From IMG/VR virus record IMGVR_UViG_3300048590_000292, positions 4,743 to 68,742 of that record: a DNA stretch of 64,000 bases. One strand, 5' to 3'. The position numbers were made by a program, and so were the translations under genes. This stretch comes from a virus. Within the stretch, counting starts at the first letter, position 1, and each line of letters opens with the position of its first letter. This document shows, in pieces, positions 1 through 7,792 of the stretch. The notes beneath the pieces are model-generated. The model was not told the origin of the DNA, did no database searches, and saw nothing but the letters and a program-made list of their open reading frames with translations.

Positions 1-64
1 TCCAGCCTGCTTTTAAGATGTCGAATTTAATCCTATCCTATCACTCCCCCCGCAATTTGGAAAA

Positions 65-487
65 ATGAAAAAACAATTTGAAAAAGCAATCCTTTTTACC
101 GCCGTCATGGTGTTTCTGTTGACAGCGTACAAGTGCAGCGCACAAACAGACTTTCGCATTAATACCGCTGTCGGATTGGTGGTGTTCTGCGAATCAGCCG
201 ACCCCGACGAAATCTGTCTGTCTTTCGGGGTAGTATCCGGGGAAATCAAAGCCGAATACCTGGGCAAATGCGCGAACAACCTACCGGGCCGCATAGCCGC
301 CGCCGCACGAATGGCAGATGACGCAGCCGGGTCTTACTCGCAATTCCTGAAAGAGGGAGAAATGAAAGACAGCCCACAAATACAGGAATACTTCGCCAAA
401 TGCCGGGCGATACGTCGGCAGATTCTTTCCATTATGCCGGAACGGGCGTTCCTGGAAATTCGGCATATCACCGAACGTTTCAAATGA
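65..487 (+). CDS. Hypothetical exported protein (Sec signal peptide, mature N-terminal Gln)
   Basis: MKK + hydrophobic core + CSA|Q cleavage-like site. Confidence 0.7.
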   Translation: MKKQFEKAILFTAVMVFLLTAYKCSAQTDFRINTAVGLVVFCESADPDEICLSFGVVSGEIKAEYLGKCANNLPGRIAAAARMADDAAGSYSQFLKEGEMKDSPQIQEYFAKCRAIRRQILSIMPERAFLEIRHITERFK

Positions 488-900
488 CCCGCACCTATCA
501 TCACGACGAAGGGGAGCGCATACCCAGCGCCGCTTTAGCGGTTATCCTATTCATCCTTATGCTCTTTGCCCGTTGCTCGCAATGCCGGGCGCAGGTTCAC
601 TTCCAATTCAACACCTCAACCGTTGTCATGGTGGACACATCGGGGCGCATGGACGTAGGCGGGGCAAGTTGGCCGGTAATTGCTTCGGGGGATACGCTTA
701 CAATAGCCTGCCCTGCCGGGGCGCTGGAGTGGAATAAAATAACATGGGTGCGCATGGATGACGGTTATTTGCACTTTCTTAGCCCGTATTTTCAGGCGCA
801 TTACATTCCTGGGCCGGGAGGGCAGTCGCTTTATATTCGGTTGACGGGCAGCGAGATTAAGGAAATGGAGTTTTATGAACGCGAAACATGGAAGCAATGA
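484..900 (+). CDS. Hypothetical exported or membrane-anchored protein
   Basis: ATG at 484 overlaps the upstream stop (ATGA); hydrophobic stretch then CRA|Q. Confidence 0.65.
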   Translation: MTRTYHHDEGERIPSAALAVILFILMLFARCSQCRAQVHFQFNTSTVVMVDTSGRMDVGGASWPVIASGDTLTIACPAGALEWNKITWVRMDDGYLHFLSPYFQAHYIPGPGGQSLYIRLTGSEIKEMEFYERETWKQ

Positions 901-1139
901 CCAGAGATGAAGCGATGGCGGCACTCGATGAAATCCGGGATAAAACCGGCTACGCCGCCGACTTAACTACCGAAATAACGGACTTTTATTGGCCGCTTAA
1001 ATTGAAGAAAAATCCGAACAAAGTTTTTTACAGGGTTACTTACATTATATATCCAAGGAAATACCGGCAGGATGCCGCAACGCCGGGAGATGCCATTGCA
1101 GCCGCTTTAGATCACGTTAGAAAAGAAACTAAACTATGA
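888..1139 (+). CDS. Hypothetical phage protein
   Basis: Overlap-coupled ORF in the + strand operon. Confidence 0.6.
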   Translation: MEAMTRDEAMAALDEIRDKTGYAADLTTEITDFYWPLKLKKNPNKVFYRVTYIIYPRKYRQDAATPGDAIAAALDHVRKETKL

Positions 1140-1354
1140 AAACGATCCACGTACCAAACGGCATCTTGCACATTTCGGAAAGCCGGGCGCTTTGCCCCGC
1201 GTGTAAATCCCCGCAGTCTATCGAAAAGTTAGAGCCAAAGTGGAACAAAGCAAAGGGCTTTTCGATGCGGCACAAATGCAAGTGCGGGTATTGGATGCAC
1301 ATTACAACGGACATGCGCGGCGATTTTGTCGCGTACAAAAAAGGGAAGCCATGA
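1136..1354 (+). CDS. Small zinc-ribbon protein
   Basis: CPAC and CKCG motifs; ATGA overlap with the upstream gene. Confidence 0.6.
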   Translation: MKTIHVPNGILHISESRALCPACKSPQSIEKLEPKWNKAKGFSMRHKCKCGYWMHITTDMRGDFVAYKKGKP

Positions 1355-1631
1355 CAGAAAACAAATCAAATTTTGGAGGATAGTATTTGTAACCACTATT
1401 GCGGCATTTGAATTGTCCAACGCAATAGGCCAAATTTCAGGCGGGCAAGGGCTTGATGAACAGGGCAAGCAACTGCTTTCGCTACACAGGCAAGGTTTAG
1501 CCGAGTGCGAAAAAGAAAGCCCGGACATTGATGTTATTTCCAGCCTGTTAACGCAAATGGAAATTATCGTATCACAAAAAGACGCGCCCAAATTTCCGCC
1601 GGGCGGGATCGTAAACAAAGCCAAGCAATGA
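1351..1631 (+). pseudogene. Hypothetical protein with an apparent 1-nt frameshift near the start (or a sequence error)
   Basis: The coupled ATG at 1351 stops after 10 codons; one extra A in gaaaac gives MTEKQIKFWRIV... in frame with the ORF ending at 1631. Confidence 0.4.
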
Positions 1632-1783
1632 ATATCCACACCGAAAACATCACGGACATTTTGCGCCAAGACTGGCAGCATATCAGCCTGAAATACGGGC
1701 GCTTAACGTGCGACCATTGCGGCGAAGTGTCGAAAAGCCCAAAGCGGGCAATTTTGCAGTGTCCAAAATCTACAGTATTATGA
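1628..1783 (+). CDS. Small Cys/His protein, 51 aa (MNIHTENITD...CDHC...C)
   Basis: ATGA overlaps at both ends; not in the ORF track. Confidence 0.5.
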   Translation: MNIHTENITDILRQDWQHISLKYGRLTCDHCGEVSKSPKRAILQCPKSTVL

Positions 1784-1929
1784 AAAAATCAGAACATAAA
1801 TTTTTTGCAGCCATATTTTTGGGATCAATAATTGGGTGGCTATTTTTTAGTAAATCGCCTTACCCTATTCTTGCCTTTCCAGTTTTTATAGTTTGGTTGT
1901 TATTAAACCTTAGGAGCAGCGGTTCGTGA
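1780..1929 (+). CDS. Small membrane protein with two TM segments
   Basis: MKKSEHKFFAAIFLG...; two hydrophobic segments. Confidence 0.55.
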   Translation: MKKSEHKFFAAIFLGSIIGWLFFSKSPYPILAFPVFIVWLLLNLRSSGS

Positions 1930-1963
1930 CGACATTATGAGAATGAATGGAACATGGTTTTGT

Positions 1964-1998
1964 GCCCCGCCCGATGGAAATTGTGGCGGGATTTTTTT
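1964..1998 (+). terminator. Rho-independent terminator
   Basis: ccccgcc...ggcgggg stem followed by a T-run. Confidence 0.55.
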
Positions 1999-2028
1999 GA
2001 AACGATTATTCACTAAACGGAGTATAAA

Positions 2029-2910
2029 ATGAAATGCTACTATCACAGTAAAGACCTTGACGGGTTCGCTTCCGGGGCAATTATGCGCCGAAAATTCCCA
2101 ACAGCCGAATTAATAGGTTACGATTACGGGCAACCCTTTGAAATGAACGTCGGAGAAAAAATAATAATGGCAGACGTTTCTTTGCCTATGCCAACCATGC
2201 GCCGGGTAGCGCATGCATCTAACGGGTTTACATGGATCGATCACCATATTTCCGCAATAAACGAATACATGGAAATGGTTGGCGATAATCTCGGATTTTT
2301 GGACGCAATACTTGACCCGACAATTTCCGCATGTGAGGGCACATGGAAGGCGTTATTCCCAGATGAGGAAATGCCTAAGGCCGTTGAACTTTTGGGGAAA
2401 TATGACACATGGCGCGGCAACGGTACGCCTGAATGGGAAAATGAAATATTGCCGTTTCAATACGGGATGCGGCTTATTTGTAACTCACTTGACACGTTCC
2501 CGCCTGGATTAGTAATACCCGATCCTGATGATGCCGATTATTACGACAGACACGAAAGGGCTGTTGAAAGCATTATCGAAAAAGGGAAAACGGTACTTGC
2601 GTACCAGCGCTCCCAAAACGAGATATTTTGCAAAAGCGCGTTTGAGGCATATTTTGAAGGATTGCGGGCAATTTGCCTAAACCTACCCGGCGCAAGTTCG
2701 ACGACCTTTGATAGCGTTTATGACCCCGAAAAGCACGACATTATTGTATCGTTTTCGATAAAAAAAGACGGCACTACTTTTTCGTTACGCACCACGAAAG
2801 AAGATGTTGATTGCTCGGAAATTGCAAAACGATTCGGAGGTGGCGGTCACCGAAAAGCAGCCGGGTTCAAAGTTCCTGAACTAAGCCCTGAAAAATATTT
2901 GAAGCAATAA
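2029..2910 (+). CDS. DHH/DHHA1 family phosphoesterase (nanoRNase-like)
   Basis: HSKDLDG, D, WIDHH motifs and C-terminal SLR...GGGGHRKAAG. Confidence 0.9.
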   Translation: MKCYYHSKDLDGFASGAIMRRKFPTAELIGYDYGQPFEMNVGEKIIMADVSLPMPTMRRVAHASNGFTWIDHHISAINEYMEMVGDNLGFLDAILDPTISACEGTWKALFPDEEMPKAVELLGKYDTWRGNGTPEWENEILPFQYGMRLICNSLDTFPPGLVIPDPDDADYYDRHERAVESIIEKGKTVLAYQRSQNEIFCKSAFEAYFEGLRAICLNLPGASSTTFDSVYDPEKHDIIVSFSIKKDGTTFSLRTTKEDVDCSEIAKRFGGGGHRKAAGFKVPELSPEKYLKQ

Positions 2911-2940
2911 TTGTACGGTAAATAAAAACCCGTATATTTG
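2911..2940 (+). promoter_or_regulatory. Bacteroidetes-type promoter
   Basis: TATATTTG (TAnnTTTG) at 2933-2940 with TTGTAC upstream. Confidence 0.65.
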
Positions 2941-2958
2941 CCCTGTAATTAAGATTAC

Positions 2959-3095
2959 CGTCATGTGGCAATGACGTATAGGATACAAGGACTAATTTAA
3001 AGGAGTGCCTCTAAACAGGTGCGGGTTCCGGGAAGTATCCCCCGGATTTGGCTATGCCACTTTTCAGCCGCCCGTCCTGTTTAGGGGCATTTTTT
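2959..3095 (+). ncRNA. Structured leader or attenuator RNA with complementary loops
   Basis: Hairpin CGTCAT-GTGGCA-ATGACG; long stem 3006-3019/3076-3089 with T-run; internal loop carries TGCCAC. Confidence 0.5.
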
Positions 3096-3105
3096 ATTGG
3101 TCAAA

Positions 3106-3417
3106 ATGAATACTTCACTTGACAAGTACCTGACAACAGAACCGGATAACGGGTATGATTCTTGGTTTGAATCGGTATGCTTAGGATTAAGCAAGCCTGT
3201 TTGTGAGTGGGATGACGCGGCAAATAATGATCCGTGTTGCTCCGAAGAATTTACCAAACTTTGCGAGTTGATGTTTAACGCCGGGACACATCACGCAGTA
3301 GCGGCGATGCTGGTAAATCAGTCGTTTAACTTCTTTGAAAAATGGATCCGGGTTAACGATAATGCGCCGGGGTTTGATCCAAAGGATTATAGCGATATGC
3401 TGCAAATTCCCCGGTAG
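3106..3417 (+). CDS. Hypothetical phage protein
   Basis: ORF downstream of the leader RNA. Confidence 0.6.
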   Translation: MNTSLDKYLTTEPDNGYDSWFESVCLGLSKPVCEWDDAANNDPCCSEEFTKLCELMFNAGTHHAVAAMLVNQSFNFFEKWIRVNDNAPGFDPKDYSDMLQIPR

Positions 3418-3484
3418 TTCTTTTAATCCCCCCTCTTTATTGTCACCGCTCGCCCGATGAGGACGGGCACAACGCCTGCTTACT

Positions 3485-3943
3485 ATGGAAAATAATCACC
3501 CTGTTTTTGACCCGGAACAAGTGCCGGACATTTCCCACATATTAAATTTGGCGATAGAGCCGCCAAATCCGAAATGCGGAATATATTTTCTGATTGACGG
3601 TAAAGAAATAGTGTACATAGGTCAGTCAGTTGATAGTAATATAAGAATCGCAAAGCACATAAGTGAAGGCGAAAAGATGTTTACCCATTACTATGTTTTT
3701 AATTGTAGGCCAGAATTACTGAATATGTATGAGGCGTTTTGCTTATGGAAGTTCCAGCCAAAATATAATATTCACTTGCCAATTCAGCCGTTTATAACAG
3801 TATTTGGGGCATACATAAAAAGGCGATCAATATCCATGAGGGGCAAGGGTATGGCGATGATAGCAAAGGTTGGAAACTCAAAAAGGTATTGGTCTGAAAA
3901 AGAATTGGATCAATTATTTTCTAACACATCTAATCCTGCTTAG
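3485..3943 (+). CDS. GIY-YIG family endonuclease
   Basis: GIYFL...VYIGQS...R...H...E...P.YN motif; AT-rich. Confidence 0.85.
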   Translation: MENNHPVFDPEQVPDISHILNLAIEPPNPKCGIYFLIDGKEIVYIGQSVDSNIRIAKHISEGEKMFTHYYVFNCRPELLNMYEAFCLWKFQPKYNIHLPIQPFITVFGAYIKRRSISMRGKGMAMIAKVGNSKRYWSEKELDQLFSNTSNPA

Positions 3944-3945
3944 TC

Positions 3946-5361
3946 ATGGCCAACGAATCAAAAAGTAAAAGTAACCGTGAACACGCTTTCGACTTTGAAT
4001 TAGCCGAAATTGTAGGAATTGAAAAGGCGATTCTGCTAAAAAACTTCCATCACTGGACATCCGAAAACCAGCGGCGCAAAATAATATCGCAATTCAAAAA
4101 CGGTATTTGGTGGACCGCCGAAAGCCTTACAAGCCTTGCAAAAAAGTACAAGTATATGAAGCGGGGGAACCTTAGCCGGTGGCTCCATCAACTTAGTGAG
4201 GAAAAATGGCTACTAATGCACGCAGGGGAAAATGGGAACAATTATTATGCACCAGGGCCGGTATTTTTGGCATGGGATACCGACCAAGATTGGCAAAAGG
4301 TGTTTCAAATTGAAACAGGTAATTGTTTCACAGTGAAACAGAGAAAACCAAAAAAGGTGTTTCAAAATGAAATAGATGCTGTTTCAAATCGAAACAATGG
4401 GGTATTTCAAATTGAGATGACAAATAATGATATTGAAAAGAATATTGAAATAAAAGATGTTGAAATAATTACGCCGCAAGCGGCTTTCATCACTACCCAC
4501 ACACCAACAGAATTTGAAAATGTCCGAATCGTACAAGGCGAAACGTTCGACTTAGAAGAAAAATCCTTAGAACCAATCACCCCGGCGGCGCGCGAACTTT
4601 CCGAACTGGAAGCGCAAAGCGTAGACGAGGCCCGGCAGGTATTCGCGGCCATTGAAGGCAAAAAGGCCCGCACCACAAAGCCCGACACGCCCGACGTAAC
4701 AGCCGAAACAATCGCCTACCTGAACGAAAAAGCCGGAACATCATTTAGGGCAACGTCGAAAGCAACTAAGGCCCAAATAAACGCCCGCGCAAAAGAGGGT
4801 TACACGGTTGAGGACTTCAAAGCGGTTATTGACTTCAAAACTGCCGAATGGGGAACAGACGCGAAAATGATGCAATACCTATGCCCCGAAACACTTTTCC
4901 GGGCAAGCAAATTTGAGGGGTATTTGCAGGCAGCAAAACGGGCCGGAATGATCGGCGGACAACCCGCCACCCGCTATTCCCTCGAAGATCGACCACAGGC
5001 AACAACGCCCGAACAAATGAAGGTCGAACTAAGCCGGTTTTACAACGCCCACAAAGACGAATCCCTACTCGACCAGGTGCAACGCTTCGCCGAAACCAAC
5101 TACACGCCGGAGCGCCTACGCTCCATCGTGATCGACTTTTGCGGGAACCAGGTCGCCAAGCGCCGCGAAGGGGAAACGTTCGGGCAACATCATGCCGCCC
5201 TGGGGTTGTGGTTGAAACGGCAAAAGCAATTCGATACCCACAACACCACTACGACACAGCACACCGCCGGGCCGCAGCCGCAAGCGCCGCTTAGATCGGC
5301 AGCGCCGGTTAACTACTCACAGCAAGGGCCGCAACTGCGGTCGGAGCAAAAAGCAGAATGA
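3946..5361 (+). CDS. Phage replication initiator (N-terminal wHTH-like, conserved phage C-terminal domain)
   Basis: YLNEKAGTSFR...ARAKEGYTVEDFKAVID.K..EW...YL.PETLF..SKFEGYL; internal iterons. Confidence 0.8.
   Translation: MANESKSKSNREHAFDFELAEIVGIEKAILLKNFHHWTSENQRRKIISQFKNGIWWTAESLTSLAKKYKYMKRGNLSRWLHQLSEEKWLLMHAGENGNNYYAPGPVFLAWDTDQDWQKVFQIETGNCFTVKQRKPKKVFQNEIDAVSNRNNGVFQIEMTNNDIEKNIEIKDVEIITPQAAFITTHTPTEFENVRIVQGETFDLEEKSLEPITPAARELSELEAQSVDEARQVFAAIEGKKARTTKPDTPDVTAETIAYLNEKAGTSFRATSKATKAQINARAKEGYTVEDFKAVIDFKTAEWGTDAKMMQYLCPETLFRASKFEGYLQAAKRAGMIGGQPATRYSLEDRPQATTPEQMKVELSRFYNAHKDESLLDQVQRFAETNYTPERLRSIVIDFCGNQVAKRREGETFGQHHAALGLWLKRQKQFDTHNTTTTQHTAGPQPQAPLRSAAPVNYSQQGPQLRSEQKAE
4301..4470. 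repeat. Replication origin: five palindromic iterons plus an AT-rich tract
   Basis: TGTTTCA-N3-TGAAACA variants at 4301, 4324, 4358, 4380 and 4403, then AT-rich 4420-4470. Confidence 0.75.
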
Positions 5362-5362
5362 A

Positions 5363-5626
5363 ATGAGCGCACACAATCACGACGAAGAAATCCAAAAGCA
5401 ATTTTGGAAACCAAAGGCCGCACAAGTGTCCGTTGACAAAGGCCCGGATCACGATTTAATGATACTTGAACGCATCGAAGATTTTACAATTAATGACGAT
5501 TCCTTTATCCGGCACGTTTTGAACAAAATCGAAGATGACGACAAGGCCGCTAAAATGTTGCTCAACTTTATGAACGGCAAAATCGGGCAGGCAATCTTTG
5601 GTTACGAATCAAAATATGGGAAATGA
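5363..5626 (+). CDS. Hypothetical protein
   Basis: Coupled ORF. Confidence 0.6.
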   Translation: MSAHNHDEEIQKQFWKPKAAQVSVDKGPDHDLMILERIEDFTINDDSFIRHVLNKIEDDDKAAKMLLNFMNGKIGQAIFGYESKYGK

Positions 5627-5922
5627 CCGCATCCCTCGACATAACAACCACCCGCCAAAAAATGAAAAGAAAAAAGGTAGTGCTCAAGTGGAATAAAAAA
5701 GAAAAAGAATTTAATTCAAGATACCCCGAATGGAATGGCGGCGGCGCAAGGGCGGTAAGCAATGCTTTTTTAGGGATGATAACTTCATTTGAGAAAGAAA
5801 TGGCCTCTGATTGGGAGGGGAAGCCAACAGGTTTTACAAATTTCAGAGACTACCTTTCTGGCGCTGGCTTTGACCCTGATACATTTACAATTTTGGTATT
5901 TGAAAAAAAGAATCATGACTGA
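5623..5922 (+). CDS. Hypothetical protein sharing its N-terminus with the next gene
   Basis: Starts MTASLDITTTR; AT-rich body. Confidence 0.6.
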   Translation: MTASLDITTTRQKMKRKKVVLKWNKKEKEFNSRYPEWNGGGARAVSNAFLGMITSFEKEMASDWEGKPTGFTNFRDYLSGAGFDPDTFTILVFEKKNHD

Positions 5923-6613
5923 TTCCCTCGACATAACAACCGCCCGCCTTTCGACTATCCACCGGAGATACGGCACAATCACAGACATTAGCCTGTTAGC
6001 GCGTCTGTCGGTTGAGGAGTTGTATGACGGGCCAATGTTGCTACCAGACGACGTTGCCCGCCTGAAATGGGGATTGGATAACGCCGCATGGGAAAAGTGG
6101 GAGGGCATTGTATTTGCGCGCGACGGTCGAAAGGTATTGGCATTTGCCCGGCAGTACGCCGATGCGTACAATCACGCATGTAGCGAAGTTATACGCCGGG
6201 GTAACGAGATCGGGTTTAACCTTTACGTTCGATATGCGCTACGGTGGATCATTACAGCCGATCAGGCGACAGCAAAACAGAAACTCTACGAACTGGCAAT
6301 TTCAGAGCCGGACGAGCAAGGGTGGGAATACCTGAAAAAGTGGGGAGTTGCCAAAATGATCCGAAACATGGAGCCAAACCAGAATGAAGAAAAAGAATCT
6401 ATCCGCGAAATGGCGAAGGTCTTTATCGAAGCCCGCGACAATCCGCAACCACATTTGGAGCGGTTATGGCTGGAAATGTTTGAGTGCAAGGGCATTGACG
6501 GCGCAAAAGCATGGATGAAGGAATTTTGGACGCCTGCCAGCACTGAAGCAAAACAGGCGATCAACGCCGCGTATTTGTCGGCAAAAATGAAATTCACCGT
6601 TAAAACGAAATGA
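5915..6613 (+). CDS. Hypothetical phage protein
   Basis: Starts MTDSLDITTAR at ATG 5915. Confidence 0.7.
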   Translation: MTDSLDITTARLSTIHRRYGTITDISLLARLSVEELYDGPMLLPDDVARLKWGLDNAAWEKWEGIVFARDGRKVLAFARQYADAYNHACSEVIRRGNEIGFNLYVRYALRWIITADQATAKQKLYELAISEPDEQGWEYLKKWGVAKMIRNMEPNQNEEKESIREMAKVFIEARDNPQPHLERLWLEMFECKGIDGAKAWMKEFWTPASTEAKQAINAAYLSAKMKFTVKTK

Positions 6614-6614
6614 A

Positions 6615-6884
6615 ATGTCAATAATCAGAATAACACCGCGAACCGCAAAAAAACAGCATGAGTGTAATGCATGCCTGTTTCTGTTTGAATCCGATTACAG
6701 AAACCTTGGCGCAACAATTTCAGAATACCGGCAAATTTTGGTGGCAAAACAATCCCGTGGAAAGATTATGCCTGGCGAACGGTATGAGGAGGTTTTTGTT
6801 GCGGATAGCGGGGCTGTCGGCACATTCCGGCAAAAACCAGAAATTGACGCAATTTGTAGAAAATACGATCTTTATTTTGAATAA
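6615..6884 (+). CDS. Hypothetical protein with AKKQHECNAC...I.PGERY motif
   Basis: Common small phage Zn-binding-like motif. Confidence 0.65.
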   Translation: MSIIRITPRTAKKQHECNACLFLFESDYRNLGATISEYRQILVAKQSRGKIMPGERYEEVFVADSGAVGTFRQKPEIDAICRKYDLYFE

Positions 6885-6897
6885 AAAACGAAACGAC

Positions 6898-7107
6898 ATG
6901 CAAGATTCAAAGTACATCATCATTTGCGTCAACACGGCGCACCCGTCCGGGGAACTGAAATACTTTTTGGCAACCGACGAGGACGATAATACGCTTATTT
7001 TCGATAACAGGCAGGCCGCAACCGATTGGGTATTGGAGGCCGAAAACGTAGACTTACCTTTTGCCTATTCCATTTTGGATACAGGCGATTTGGATTTTTC
7101 TTTGTAA
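6898..7107 (+). CDS. Hypothetical acidic protein
   Basis: ATG after aaacgaaacgac. Confidence 0.6.
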   Translation: MQDSKYIIICVNTAHPSGELKYFLATDEDDNTLIFDNRQAATDWVLEAENVDLPFAYSILDTGDLDFSL

Positions 7108-7216
7108 CTTTTAAACAAGAAGATATGCAAGAGTTCTTTTTTACATGCGGGCAATCACACGTCCACCAATTATGTGGCGGCAAAAAGTAAGTTCACCGTT
7201 GAAACAAAATAGCAAA

Positions 7217-7480
7217 ATGCAAGAAGGTTGGGTAGAATTTGTCCGCATCCCATGTAAGGAGGGATTTATAGACGTTTGGTATGGCGATTGCGCCAAAAAC
7301 CCAAACGATCCTGAAAAGCGCCGGGTTAACCTGAATGCTTTTGCAAGATATTTCCGGCTAAATGGTAGCGGGGAATGGCGGCGAGATTATTCTTTCAATA
7401 CCACATTTTACCAGGATATTAGAGATTTTAGGGGCGAATTTACGGCGCTCGAATTATGGGATTTTAACCGACTTTTTTAA
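7217..7480 (+). CDS. Hypothetical protein
   Basis: ATG at 7217 after an A-rich leader. Confidence 0.55.
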   Translation: MQEGWVEFVRIPCKEGFIDVWYGDCAKNPNDPEKRRVNLNAFARYFRLNGSGEWRRDYSFNTTFYQDIRDFRGEFTALELWDFNRLF

Positions 7481-7497
7481 TATAAAAACGAAACGAT

Positions 7498-7791
7498 ATG
7501 CCAATCACATTCAAACACGCTGAAGTATTAGGGCACTCGCTTGGAATAAATGTTTATCACGCCAAACATTCAACGAAAAAGAAAGACAAAAAACTTCCTG
7601 CAAAATTCTACCGAAACAGATTTTGCGCTGGATCGGATCACGATGATATGCCAACGTTGCTTGAACTTGAAAAACTGGGATATATGTCGCGTGGATCATC
7701 TTTCAATAGCGGTTCTCAAATAGTGTGGTTTGTTACCGACGTAGGCAAAGAGATATTTATTGAGTGTTTTGAATCCGTAATTTCTGCCTAA
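7498..7791 (+). CDS. Hypothetical phage protein
   Basis: HSLG...YRNRFCAG...LEKLGYM...FVTD.G pattern typical of small phage proteins. Confidence 0.65.
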   Translation: MPITFKHAEVLGHSLGINVYHAKHSTKKKDKKLPAKFYRNRFCAGSDHDDMPTLLELEKLGYMSRGSSFNSGSQIVWFVTDVGKEIFIECFESVISA

Positions 7792-7792
7792 C

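Noticed and set aside
7125-7190. Short ORF MQEFFFTCGQSHVHQLCGGKK
   Set aside because: Only 21 aa; it may be a truncated gene remnant but cannot be supported without homologues.
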